DNA of 64,000 nt from Gulosibacter massiliensis (GTDB lineage Bacteria; Actinomycetota; Actinomycetes; Actinomycetales; Microbacteriaceae), in contig CALRMP020000003.1 in NCBI GenBank assembly GCA_943369205.1, positions 17-64,016 of the forward strand, in the 5' to 3' direction. The notes under the pieces are model-generated. The model searched no databases and was not told where the DNA came from. It worked only from the letters and a program-made list of their open reading frames with translations. How positions within the stretch are numbered: the first letter of the stretch is position 1; each line of letters begins with the position of its first letter. Positions 8,510-17,157 of this stretch are shown here, in pieces. The position numbers and the translations under genes were made by a program.

Positions 8510-9202
8510 CTAGACCCAGGTGACCGGAATGGTCAGCATGATGGCGCCGGCGAAGACGAAGATCGCAGAGCCGATGATGATCAGGGCGAACTGAACCCGG
8601 CGACTGCGCACGACGGCCGCGACACCAAGCAAGAACAGCGAAATGGCCATGAGCACGGTGGTGAGCGTGAGCCAGTCGCCTCGCGCGTCGAGCTCGTCAG
8701 CTTGAGCGGTGAGGGCGACGGCTTCTTCGCTCCTGTCGCCGTACGCGCCGAACAGCACCTGCTGGTACTCCTCGTCGTCGAGCGGGCTCGTGTAGAACTC
8801 CGTGTCGACCGCGTTGATGGCATTGGCGCGCTCGATCGCCGCGCCGAAGTGCTCGCTCACGGCCACAAAGTACAGGGCATCGTAAACGTCAGCCGCGATG
8901 GGGTCACCCGCGTCGATCTGCGCCTGCAGCTCGGTGAGCCGTGCGAGCGTCTGCGCGTCTTGCACGAACTCCTGATTGCCTTCGAGGTAGAGCGACTCCG
9001 CTTCCGCCGTCGCGCTCTGCGAAAGCGAGAGCGACTTCGCCGTCTGACCGTCATAGAGCGCGGCTTGAAACGACACCCACGCGGTCGTGACGGAGACGAT
9101 GCCCAGCAGAATCACGATCAGCAGCTCGGCGTTCCCGAAGAATCCGCGCAATCCGCGGGGTTCGGTGTTCGTCGTGGGTTCGACAGCGGGGCTCGACGAC
9201 AT
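8510..9202 (-). CDS. Membrane protein of unknown function (DUF4337-like architecture)
   Basis: ATG at the complement of 9200-9202, with AAGGAG 6 nt upstream. There is one TM after the N-terminus (LLIVILLGIVSVTTAWVSF), a helical soluble region, and two C-terminal TMs. Confidence 0.6.
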   Translation of the reverse strand: MSSSPAVEPTTNTEPRGLRGFFGNAELLIVILLGIVSVTTAWVSFQAALYDGQTAKSLSLSQSATAEAESLYLEGNQEFVQDAQTLARLTELQAQIDAGDPIAADVYDALYFVAVSEHFGAAIERANAINAVDTEFYTSPLDDEEYQQVLFGAYGDRSEEAVALTAQADELDARGDWLTLTTVLMAISLFLLGVAAVVRSRRVQFALIIIGSAIFVFAGAIMLTIPVTWV

Positions 9203-9304
9203 GGGGGCTCCTTGCAGTGACCTAGGGGGGTGATGGGGCCGCGGGTCTGCAGACACTCCGCTGGCTTCCGGTGACGACCGGCTGTCGAATCGTAACGTTA
9301 CCGC

Positions 9305-10240
9305 ATGGAGGTCACGGGTGGCGGCACGGCGATTCTCATCGCTGTTGCGGCAGCGATGTGGCTGCTCTATCTCGTGCCGATGTGGCGGCGCCGCGCGGAG
9401 TACCTCGCGACCGAGCGCAACGCCATTCGCCTGCAGCAGACCCTGCGCATCTTGGCGCAGACCGCCGAGGTGCCGGCCGAGGTGCGTGCCGAGTTGACGG
9501 CGCGTGATGTTGCCGCACAGCAGCGTTCCCTCGCGGCGCGCCAGCGCGAGGAGCTCGCGATCGCGCGCGCCCGCGAGGCTGCGGCGCAGCGGGCTGTGCG
9601 CATGCGGCTCACGGAGTCGGCTCCGGGTCTTGTTGCCGAAGTGGATGCTGCGCGCCTCGGTCAGCGTCGCCTTCGACGCTCACGTGCCGTGACCTCGCTG
9701 CTGACCCTGCTCGCCCTCGTGGGCGTCGGTGTCGCGATTGCCGCGGGCGCGTGGGCCTGGGTGGGCTTCGCGTCATTCGTTGCCATCAGCGGGGTCACCC
9801 TGCTCTCCGGGCTCGCTCGTGCGCAACGCCGTCGCACGGCTCCTGTCGCGGGTGTTGCGGCCTCGCAGTTCGTCGACCTCGCCCCGCCCGTGCGGCGCGC
9901 ACCCCCGGTTGCTCGGCGCGAGTGGACGCCAGTGCCGCTGCCCAAGCCGAGCTACCTCAGCGCGCCAGTTGTGCCCGCTGGGGCCGTGGCTCCGGCTCTC
10001 GACCACGCGGCCGCTCTTGCTGCTGCCGCGGCAGAGGCCGAGCGGGCGCAGCGCGCGGCGGCTCGCGCCGCGGCATCCGTCGACCGCACTCCAGCGCCTT
10101 CCCGAACTTCGGACGGGGAGGCACCGCGCATCGAACGCCCCGCCGCGAGCCGCTTCGACCGCATGGGGCTCGTCGAACAACTGCCGACGCGCCCGCCCGA
10201 CCTTGATGAGGTGCTGCGCCGCCGCCGCGCGGCGAGCTGA
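9305..10240 (+). CDS. Ala/Arg-rich membrane protein, unknown function
   Basis: 311-aa ORF with an N-terminal TM (AILIAVAAAMWLLYLVPMW), two central TMs (LLTLLALVGVGVAIAAGAWAWVGFASFVAISGVTLL) and a Pro/Ala-rich tail. Confidence 0.55.
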   Translation: MEVTGGGTAILIAVAAAMWLLYLVPMWRRRAEYLATERNAIRLQQTLRILAQTAEVPAEVRAELTARDVAAQQRSLAARQREELAIARAREAAAQRAVRMRLTESAPGLVAEVDAARLGQRRLRRSRAVTSLLTLLALVGVGVAIAAGAWAWVGFASFVAISGVTLLSGLARAQRRRTAPVAGVAASQFVDLAPPVRRAPPVARREWTPVPLPKPSYLSAPVVPAGAVAPALDHAAALAAAAAEAERAQRAAARAAASVDRTPAPSRTSDGEAPRIERPAASRFDRMGLVEQLPTRPPDLDEVLRRRRAAS

Positions 10241-10300
10241 CGCCCACCGGCCCTCCGTCGGGCACTGCGCCCGCGAATGGTAATGTTGTCGACGCACCAC

Positions 10301-10373
10301 GGGCCTGTGGCGCAGTTGGTAGCGCGCCTCGTTCGCATCGAGGAGGTCAGGGGTTCGAATCCCCTCAGGTCCA
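10301..10373 (+). tRNA. tRNA-Ala (anticodon CGC)
   Basis: A cloverleaf can be hand-folded: acceptor GGGCCTG/CAGGTCC with the G3:U70 Ala identity pair, D arm GCGC-AGTTGGTA-GCGC, anticodon arm CCTCG-TTCGCAT-CGAGG, T arm AGGGG-TTCGAAT-CCCCT, and discriminator A. CCA is not encoded. Confidence 0.9.
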
Positions 10374-10377
10374 CCGT
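10361..10377 (+). repeat. Direct repeat copy 1 (tRNA-Ala 3' end, att-core-like)
   Basis: CCCCTCAGGTCCACCGT, the last 13 nt of the tRNA plus 4 nt, is identical to 10432-10448. Confidence 0.7.
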
Positions 10378-10406
10378 CACACGAGTTGTTTCATGCAGGC
10401 GTGATC

Positions 10407-10431
10407 CGCGACCGCATAACCTGCGGTCGCG
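10407..10431. terminator. GC-rich hairpin between the two repeat copies
   Basis: CGCGACCGC-ATAACCT-GCGGTCGCG forms a 9-bp perfect stem with a 7-nt loop. There is no U-tract. It could terminate the tRNA and/or the convergent DUF4386 gene. Confidence 0.4.
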
Positions 10432-10448
10432 CCCCTCAGGTCCACCGT
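10432..10448 (+). repeat. Direct repeat copy 2 (duplicate of tRNA-Ala 3' end)
   Basis: CCCCTCAGGTCCACCGT is an exact 17/17 match to 10361-10377 and lies 54 nt downstream of copy 1. Confidence 0.7.
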
Positions 10449-10470
10449 TCCACCGGCTCGTTGAGCGGCG

Positions 10471-11148
10471 TCAGCGTGACTTCGCCTCGAGCGCCCGCGC
10501 GGGCACGCCGCGAATCAGCAGCGACAGCAGAATCGCGAATTCGCCGATCGTGGCGGGGATGACGAGTAGGTCGGCGATCGCGGTGGTCTCGGGCGCGAGC
10601 GTGATGAGCACGATGTTCGCGAGGTAGCCGGCGCCGCCGACGAGGAGCACCCAGCCGATCCAGCGCCAGGCGAAGCCTGAGCGCAGCACGAGCAGTCCCA
10701 TCGGGATGAGCCATGCGCCGAAGAACACCGTGCCGACGGCCCAGAAACCTTCGGAGAGGGTGATGAGCAGGGTTACCTGTTGGGCGGCGTCGGGGAGGCC
10801 AGCATCCGCAATCGTGATCGCGGTGCTGAGGGCGGCGGAGCTGCCCAGAATGGCGACGGCGTTCATGAGGCCGAAGGTCGTGAGCGTGATGGCGGCGAAC
10901 GAGTTCACCGCGCGGAAGAGCGCGAAGAACCAGAGGGCCGCGAGCACTTGCGTGACGACGACGCCGAGCTCGAGCAGCAGGCCGAGTCGCGCGAGCGGGA
11001 GGTTGCCGGTGAGGGCCTCGAGCACGGCATCGCTCTCGCCTGTGATGAAGACCTGGGGGCGGATGAGCAAGAAGCTCAGGGCGCCCGTGACGGCGAGGCC
11101 GAGGTAGAAGGCGCCCGTGAGGCGGGCGGTTCGGGTGAGGGGGTGCAT
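10471..11148 (-). CDS. DUF4386-family integral membrane protein
   Basis: Starts MHPLTRTARLTGAFYLGLAVTGALSF (complement of 11146-11148, with GGAGAA upstream). It has about 6 TM segments. The N-terminal TGxFYL pattern is typical of DUF4386. The gene is divergent from a TetR gene. Confidence 0.7.
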   Translation of the reverse strand: MHPLTRTARLTGAFYLGLAVTGALSFLLIRPQVFITGESDAVLEALTGNLPLARLGLLLELGVVVTQVLAALWFFALFRAVNSFAAITLTTFGLMNAVAILGSSAALSTAITIADAGLPDAAQQVTLLITLSEGFWAVGTVFFGAWLIPMGLLVLRSGFAWRWIGWVLLVGGAGYLANIVLITLAPETTAIADLLVIPATIGEFAILLSLLIRGVPARALEAKSR

Positions 11149-11168
11149 GGGGTTCTCCGTTCGAGAGG

Positions 11169-11217
11169 GTTGCGCGATTCGCAACCTTATGGCGTAAGGT
11201 TGCCTTACATCGTAAGG
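11169..11217. promoter_or_regulatory. Three consecutive inverted repeats in the DUF4386/TetR divergent intergenic region (putative TetR operators)
   Basis: The repeats are GTTGCG-N5-CGCAAC (11169-11185), AACCTTA-N5-TAAGGTT (11183-11201) and CCTTAC-N3-GTAAGG (11203-11217). Confidence 0.45.
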
Positions 11218-11249
11218 AAACGCAAGACTGAAGGTGACGAAAGGACGCC

Positions 11250-11960
11250 GTGACCCCCTCACCTCGAGCACCTCTGACGCGCGACCGAATACTCGCGACC
11301 GCGATGCAGATTGCCGATGCCGAGGGCCTCGCGGCCGTCAGCATGCGTCGCCTCGCCACCGAGTTGAAGGTTGAGGCCATGTCGATCTATCACCATCTCG
11401 CCAACAAAGACGCGATTCTCGACGGACTCGTCGAGCTCATCGCGCGCGAGATTCTGGCTGAGTCAGCCAGCGCCACCGTCGAGCCCGCGAGCGATTGGCG
11501 CGACGAAGTGCGAGCCCGCAGTCTGGCGGCAAGCCGCGTCATGATGCGGCATCCGTGGGCGCCCTCGCTCATTACGTCGCGACGCGCGATTCCGTTCGAG
11601 ATTCAGGCGGTCTTCGAAGCCGTGCTCGCCGCCATGATCAGAGGCGGGCTGTCGTATCGCATCGCCCACCGAGGAATGCACGCGCTCAGCAGCATGGCGC
11701 TCGGCTTCGTCAATGAGCCGTTCAGCCCGCCCGCCGAAGGCTCGTCGAGCAGTGACGCGCCGGCCGAGCTCGATGCCCTCGACCCCGAGATGATCGCCGC
11801 GATGGCCGATGTCTTTCCGCACACGGCGGCGATGGTTGCCGAAGAGCTACACGCCGAGAGCGACGCGATGCTCGGCTGGTGCGACTCCCAAACCGAGTTC
11901 GAGTTCACGCTCGGGCTCTTGCTTGATGGCCTTGACCAGGCCGCCCGATCGGAGGCCTGA
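11250..11960 (+). CDS. TetR-family transcriptional regulator (TetR-class C-terminal domain)
   Basis: The N-terminal HTH is LTRDRILATAMQIADAEGLAAVSMRRLATELKVEAMSIYHHLANKDAILD; 236 aa. Confidence 0.9.
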   Translation: MTPSPRAPLTRDRILATAMQIADAEGLAAVSMRRLATELKVEAMSIYHHLANKDAILDGLVELIAREILAESASATVEPASDWRDEVRARSLAASRVMMRHPWAPSLITSRRAIPFEIQAVFEAVLAAMIRGGLSYRIAHRGMHALSSMALGFVNEPFSPPAEGSSSSDAPAELDALDPEMIAAMADVFPHTAAMVAEELHAESDAMLGWCDSQTEFEFTLGLLLDGLDQAARSEA

Positions 11961-11963
11961 CTC

Positions 11964-12344
11964 ATGCCGATGCCTCGCTGGTGGGCCCATTTGAACAAGT
12001 GGATGTTCAACCCTCGTGAGCTCAAAAAGGGCAAGTATGCGGTGCTCGTGCACGTGGGCCGCACGTCGGGTCGCGAGTACCTCACGCCGCTCGAGCCGGC
12101 GCCCGTCGACGGCGGCTACCTGTTCGTGCCGGTCTATGGCGTGGAGTCGGACTGGGTGCGCAACGTGCTCGCGGCCGGCTCGGCGCGACTGCGCACGGGA
12201 GGCACCGAGGTGGTCGTGACGAACCCGCGGCTCATCGACACTGATGCTGCCTTCGCGCTACTTCCCGAGGGCGCCGAGCGGCCACCCAAGTGGCTCAAGC
12301 TCGAGCAGTATTTGCTGGCCGACTTCCAGCCGCGCGCGCGCTGA
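11964..12344 (+). CDS. Deazaflavin (F420)-dependent nitroreductase-family protein (DUF385/PNPOx-like)
   Basis: 126 aa. KYAVLVHVGRTSGREYLTPLEPAPVDGGYLFVPVYGVESDWVRNVLAAGSARL fits the DUF385 core pattern (G-R-x-S-G...T-P-L...W-x-x-N). Confidence 0.7.
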   Translation: MPMPRWWAHLNKWMFNPRELKKGKYAVLVHVGRTSGREYLTPLEPAPVDGGYLFVPVYGVESDWVRNVLAAGSARLRTGGTEVVVTNPRLIDTDAAFALLPEGAERPPKWLKLEQYLLADFQPRAR

Positions 12345-12394
12345 ATTCGCCATGTTCGTGCCGTAGAGCCCCCTCCCGTGGTTGACTGCACCTC

Positions 12395-12691
12395 ATGTCG
12401 ATGAATAGTTCGGTGACGGCCCGATCGCGCTTCAGCTACTGGGCGCTGTGGGTCCTCGGCACGGTTGCCATCCTTGTGGGCAGCGTGCTCTTGGCCACTC
12501 GGCAGACAGTCGTGTGGGATGACAATGCGCAGACGTGGCAGCTTGTTGATCTCGTCCCGACAGGCATCATTGTGACCGTCATCGGCGCACTCGTGGTCGT
12601 GACGCTTCTCGTGCTCGACGCCTACGTTGGCCCTCTGCACCGACGGCACGCCGCACCGGCAGAAACTGACGGAGAGCTCTCGAAAACATGA
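12395..12691 (+). CDS. Small two-TM membrane protein, unknown
   Basis: 98 aa with TMs YWALWVLGTVAILVGSVLLA and GIIVTVIGALVVVTLLVL. Its stop overlaps the next ATG (ATGA at 12688-12691). Confidence 0.5.
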   Translation: MSMNSSVTARSRFSYWALWVLGTVAILVGSVLLATRQTVVWDDNAQTWQLVDLVPTGIIVTVIGALVVVTLLVLDAYVGPLHRRHAAPAETDGELSKT

Positions 12692-13068
12692 GCTCGAGGT
12701 TCCGACAGACGCCGGCGGGTGTGACGGGGGCAGCCATCGCTGTCGCGGTAGCGACGGTGCTCGCCGCGTGCGCGGGCCCGGCTCGGGTGGGAACGTCGAC
12801 ACGAGAATGGATGTCTGACGATCAAGCCACAGCACTTGCCGATGGGGTCATTAGCTCGGATGAGTACGAGTCGGGGTTTTCCCGATACCGATCGTGCTTG
12901 GAAGCTGAGGGCTACGCCCTCGTGCTCGACGGTAAGAAGAACCAGAGCTATCAGTTCGGAATTCCCGCTGAAGCTGTCGACAGCGGGGTAGACGCACGGT
13001 GCTACGAACGAGAGTTCCGTGAGATCGACATCACCTGGCAACTCGCTCATCAAGACACCTCGCCGTGA
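12688..13068 (+). CDS. Putative lipoprotein, unknown function
   Basis: The signal peptide carries a lipobox (AVATVLAAC). The mature part has two further Cys residues. It is coupled to the upstream small membrane protein. Confidence 0.55.
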   Translation: MSSRFRQTPAGVTGAAIAVAVATVLAACAGPARVGTSTREWMSDDQATALADGVISSDEYESGFSRYRSCLEAEGYALVLDGKKNQSYQFGIPAEAVDSGVDARCYEREFREIDITWQLAHQDTSP

Positions 13069-13119
13069 CAGAGTTTGTGAGAACCATCTCGCGGGGGCGG
13101 GGAGCACTACGCTCGCGGC

Positions 13120-14112
13120 ATGGCCACACCGCTTCCCTCTGACGGCGTTCTGCAGTGGATGCTCGACACCGACCCGGCCCTGCGCTGGCAGGTCGAGCGC
13201 GACCTGCTCGACGAGCCCGAGGCCGTCTGGCAGGCCACGCGCGCACGCGTCGCGACGGAAGGCATGGGTGCCGAGCTGCTTTCGCACCAAGACCCCGACG
13301 GCCAGTGGGCCGGCGGCGCCTACTTTCCCGCCGAGTTCGACTGGGACAGCGAGGAGGCCCAACACGGTCAGCCCTGGACGGCCACGACCTGGAGCCTGCT
13401 GACCCTGCGCGAGCTCGGCCTCGACGCCGCGGCGCTCGCCGGCACAGCCGAGAAGCTCGCCGCCAACAGCCGCTGGGAATACGACGACCTGCCCTACTGG
13501 GGCGGCGAAGTCGACGCGTGCATCAACGGCTTCACGCTCGCCAACGGCGCCTGGCTCGGTGCCGACGTCGATGGCATCGCCACGTGGTTCGCCGAGCACA
13601 CCATGCCCGAGGGCGGCTGGAACTGCGAGTGGGTCGAGGGCTCCACGCGCGCGAGCTTCCACTCGACGCTCAACGCCCTGAAGGGCATCCTCGAGTGGGA
13701 AGAACGCACCGGCGACACCCGCTTGCGCGCCGTGCGCCACGACGCCCACGAATACCTCTATCGGCGACGGATGCTCTACCGCGAGTCAACCGGAGAACTC
13801 GTGGCGCCCTGGGCCACCCACTTCGGCTACCCGTTCCGTCACGTCTACAGCGCCCTCAACGTCATGGACTACCTGCGACGGTCGTCACTGCTCGAGGGCA
13901 CGCCGCCCGACGAGCGGGCATCCGACGCCATCGGGATTATCCGTGCCGCCCAGCAGCCCGACAGGCAGCGCGGTGCAGGAACGTGGCTGCAAGAGCGCCG
14001 CCACCCCGGCCGCGTCTGGTTCGAACTCGACGTGCCCGTGGGCGAGCCGTCACCGTGGCTCACCTTCCTCTCGCTCCGGGTGTTGCGCTGGTGGGACGAG
14101 GCGACGGCGTGA
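13120..14112 (+). CDS. Prenyltransferase/terpene-cyclase-fold (alpha-alpha toroid) protein, unknown function
   Basis: 330 aa with repeated QW-like motifs (HQDPDGQWAGGAY, MPEGGWNCEW, QQPDRQRGAGTW) like squalene-cyclase repeats. It is too short to be a full cyclase. Confidence 0.5.
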   Translation: MATPLPSDGVLQWMLDTDPALRWQVERDLLDEPEAVWQATRARVATEGMGAELLSHQDPDGQWAGGAYFPAEFDWDSEEAQHGQPWTATTWSLLTLRELGLDAAALAGTAEKLAANSRWEYDDLPYWGGEVDACINGFTLANGAWLGADVDGIATWFAEHTMPEGGWNCEWVEGSTRASFHSTLNALKGILEWEERTGDTRLRAVRHDAHEYLYRRRMLYRESTGELVAPWATHFGYPFRHVYSALNVMDYLRRSSLLEGTPPDERASDAIGIIRAAQQPDRQRGAGTWLQERRHPGRVWFELDVPVGEPSPWLTFLSLRVLRWWDEATA

Positions 14113-14184
14113 CCTGACGACGCACACGCGTCCGTCGATCCCCGCGGAAATCTTTCCAAACTTTCCGTGAAGTAGGTTGTTCGT

Positions 14185-15207
14185 ATGGTCCGGAACACGA
14201 GCGACGCACCCCGCGTCACTCTTGCCGACGTTGCGCGTCACGCCTCTGTCGCCGAGTCAACGGTCTCGAAAGTGCTCAACGGCCGCCCCGGGGTGTCCGC
14301 CGCACTGCGGGCCAGGGTCGAGCACAGCCTTCAGCACGCGGGGTATCACCGGCACCGCGGAGAGGGGTCTCCTGGTTCGGCCATCGAATTGGTCGTCGAA
14401 CAGATGTCCGGGCAGTGGGCTCTCGACATCTTTCGTGGCGTCCAACGCGTCGCGCTCGAAAACCAGACGGCAATCGTGCTGACCGAACGTGCCCGCCATG
14501 AACCGGGAGAGTCGTGGATCCAGAGGGTGATTCAACGCCAACCCCGCGGTCTCGTGCTCGGTATGTCGCAGCTGTCGACTCAAGCGAAGCAACAGTTGCG
14601 CGTGCGAGGGATACCGTTCGTCATGGTCGACCCCATGTCGTTGCCCGACGGAGACGCGCCAGCGGTCGCATCAGCGAACTGGGATGGCGGATTCATGGCA
14701 ACGCAGCACCTGATTGGCCTTGGCCACCGGCGTATTGGGGCGATCACTCTGCCCACATCGCTGTTGTTTGCGCGGGCCCGACATGCGGGCTACGGAGCGG
14801 CTCTCGAGCAGGTGGGAATTGAGGTTGACCCTGGACTCAGTGTGGTTGCCGGATCAGGGCCAGACGAAGGCTTTGCTGCAGCTCGTCGATTGCTCGAGCG
14901 CGAACCCCGCCCGACAGCAATCGTCGCGGGCAATGATCTCCAGGCGATTGGCATCTACGAGGCAGCTCGGCAACTGAACCTCCGCATTCCCGACGACCTG
15001 TCTGTCGTCGGCTACGACGATGTTCCTGCGGCGGAGTGGTTGTGGCCTCCCCTCACGACCGTGCGGCAACCCGTTGTCCACATGGCAGAGCAGGCTGCGC
15101 GGATGCTCTTCACTCTGATCTCCGGAGAAGCGCTCGCCATCTCACGGCTCACCGTTGATGTGTCGCTCGTGACGAGACAGAGCACGGCGCCGCCGCGGGA
15201 AGGGTGA
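14185..15207 (+). CDS. LacI-family transcriptional regulator
   Basis: VTLADVARHASVAESTVSKVLNGRPGVSAALRARV is the LacI HTH, followed by a periplasmic-binding-fold C-terminus (VVGYDDVPAAEW). Confidence 0.9.
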   Translation: MVRNTSDAPRVTLADVARHASVAESTVSKVLNGRPGVSAALRARVEHSLQHAGYHRHRGEGSPGSAIELVVEQMSGQWALDIFRGVQRVALENQTAIVLTERARHEPGESWIQRVIQRQPRGLVLGMSQLSTQAKQQLRVRGIPFVMVDPMSLPDGDAPAVASANWDGGFMATQHLIGLGHRRIGAITLPTSLLFARARHAGYGAALEQVGIEVDPGLSVVAGSGPDEGFAAARRLLEREPRPTAIVAGNDLQAIGIYEAARQLNLRIPDDLSVVGYDDVPAAEWLWPPLTTVRQPVVHMAEQAARMLFTLISGEALAISRLTVDVSLVTRQSTAPPREG

Positions 15208-15346
15208 TTCCGAGCGGAATAGCGTCGTTCGAAAGTTTTCCGAGATTGACCGCGGAGGTTCACGCGCGCGCAGCAATGCCTAGTGTGGCGTCAGCTCCGT
15301 CGGCGTCGCTGTCGGAAGCGACCGACCCCTCGAGAGGCTCTCACCC

Positions 15347-16069
15347 ATGGTCCCCACCGGCACCGGCAGCGCTCGTCCCACCAAGACGGCACTCGTTGTC
15401 CGTGGTGGGTGGGATGGCCATCAACCCGTTGAAGCAACCGAACGGTTCATTCCGCACCTTGAGAACAATGGGTTCACGGTTCGCGTAGAAGAGTCGACAG
15501 ACGTCTACGCGGATTCCGATTACATGTCGACGGTCGACCTCGTGATGCAAGCGAACACGATGAACACGATTGACCCCGAGCACCTCGCGGGGCTCATCGC
15601 TGCCGTTCGCAATGGAACCGGGATGGGTGGGTGGCACGGAGGCATTGCGGACTCGTATCGCAACAGCGCTGACTACCTCCACATGATTGGGGGCCAGTTT
15701 GCTCACCACGCTGCCGTAGAACCAGAACTCCGCATCGGCGAGCAATCGGACAACTACCTCGAGTACACGATCGAGATCGTTCCTGAACGCCGCGATCACC
15801 CGATCATGGTTGGGCTTGACGACTTCACGTTGACGACCGAGCAGTACTGGGTGTTGAGCGACTCCTACAACGACGTTCTCGCCAGAACGACAGTGGCCTC
15901 TCGACCGTTTGACGCCTGGCGTCGTCCGGTAGTGAGCCCGTCCGTCTGGACGCGGGAGTGGGGTCTCGGCCGAATTTTCGTCTGCACCGCGGGGCACAGA
16001 GTCGAGGTGCTCGACAACCCGACCGTGCGCACCATCATCGAGAGGGGATTGCTGTGGGCAAGCCGTTGA
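15347..16069 (+). CDS. ThuA-domain protein (trehalose-utilisation ThuA-like)
   Basis: 240 aa. ALVVRGGWDGHQP...GMGGWHGG...GGQFAHH matches the ThuA family pattern. A Gfo/Idh/MocA gene follows, as in thuAB. Confidence 0.8.
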   Translation: MVPTGTGSARPTKTALVVRGGWDGHQPVEATERFIPHLENNGFTVRVEESTDVYADSDYMSTVDLVMQANTMNTIDPEHLAGLIAAVRNGTGMGGWHGGIADSYRNSADYLHMIGGQFAHHAAVEPELRIGEQSDNYLEYTIEIVPERRDHPIMVGLDDFTLTTEQYWVLSDSYNDVLARTTVASRPFDAWRRPVVSPSVWTREWGLGRIFVCTAGHRVEVLDNPTVRTIIERGLLWASR

Positions 16070-17157
16070 CCGTAGGAATCGTCGGAGTAGGCACGATCTC
16101 GGGGCAATACCTCGCGAGCCTCGACTCCTATGCAGAATTGAGCCTCGTCGCGGTGAGCGACATCGACGCTGAGCGAGCGGCGGCCGTCGCCGCGACTCGA
16201 CCGGGCGTGGTTGCCGTGTCTCCCGACGAGCTCTACGCACTTCCCGAGCTCGACATGGTGTTGAATCTCACGACGCCAGCCCAGCACGTCGGCGTCGCTC
16301 TCGACGCAATCGCGGCCGGGCGAGGGGTCTATGGCGAAAAGCCACTGGCCACCACGACGATCGACGGACGGCGAATTGTGGATGCCGCGGCTGCGGCCGA
16401 CGTCATGATCGGTTGTGCGCCCGACACCGTTTTGGGCACAGGAATTCAGACAGCCCGCAAAGCGATCGACGATGGGCTCATCGGCACCCCGATCGCCGCG
16501 ACGGCAACGATGGTGACGCCCGGCCATGAGCGCTGGCACCCCGCTCCTGACTTCTACTATCAGCCGGGCGGAGGGCCGCTCTTCGACATGGGCCCCTACT
16601 ATCTGTCGGCCTTGGTGACCCTTCTGGGGCCGATCCGGAGCGTGTCGGGAATGTCCAGTCGCACGCGCAGCACCCGATCAATCGCGTCAGGCCCGCGCGC
16701 GGGTGCAACGTTCCCGGTTGACGTTGAGACCCACATCACGGCACTCCTGCAGCACGAGAGCGGCGCGATCACAACCTTGATCGTGAGCTTCGACGCGGTG
16801 GGGACGAAGTCGGCGAACATTGAGGTGCATGGCGAGTTGGGAAGTCTCGCGGTACCTGATCCGAACTTGTTCGCCGGACCAGTTGAGCTGCAGGAGCTTG
16901 GAGCCTCAACCTGGCGCGCCCTTGGGCCGAGTGCCGGCTACATCGACGCAGGTCGCGGTGTGGGTCTTGTTGACCTCGCCCGCACCGCTCCGGGCGGTGA
17001 GCCACGCGCGGGAAGCTCCCTCGCTTTTCACGTTCTCGACGTGATGGAGTCGATCCTGACGGCTGCCACCAAGGGCACAACCGTCGACATCGCGAGCACC
17101 ACGGTGCGGCCGTCGGTTGTGCCGCTCCAGCCCCTGTCACGACGGGACGCATCATGA
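16054..17157 (+). CDS. Gfo/Idh/MocA-family oxidoreductase (ThuB-like position)
   Basis: GTG 16054 gives VGKPLTVGIVGVGTISGQYL (Rossmann GxGxxG), with GEKPLA further on. The track ORF start at 15958 is a read-through. There is a 16-nt overlap with thuA-like. Confidence 0.85.
   Translation: MGKPLTVGIVGVGTISGQYLASLDSYAELSLVAVSDIDAERAAAVAATRPGVVAVSPDELYALPELDMVLNLTTPAQHVGVALDAIAAGRGVYGEKPLATTTIDGRRIVDAAAAADVMIGCAPDTVLGTGIQTARKAIDDGLIGTPIAATATMVTPGHERWHPAPDFYYQPGGGPLFDMGPYYLSALVTLLGPIRSVSGMSSRTRSTRSIASGPRAGATFPVDVETHITALLQHESGAITTLIVSFDAVGTKSANIEVHGELGSLAVPDPNLFAGPVELQELGASTWRALGPSAGYIDAGRGVGLVDLARTAPGGEPRAGSSLAFHVLDVMESILTAATKGTTVDIASTTVRPSVVPLQPLSRRDAS

Noticed and set aside
10277-10627. 116-aa ORF (and minus-strand ORFs 9952-10380 and 9773-10300) overlapping the tRNA-Ala gene
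   Set aside because: The region folds into a canonical tRNA cloverleaf, and the ORFs have no protein-like features.
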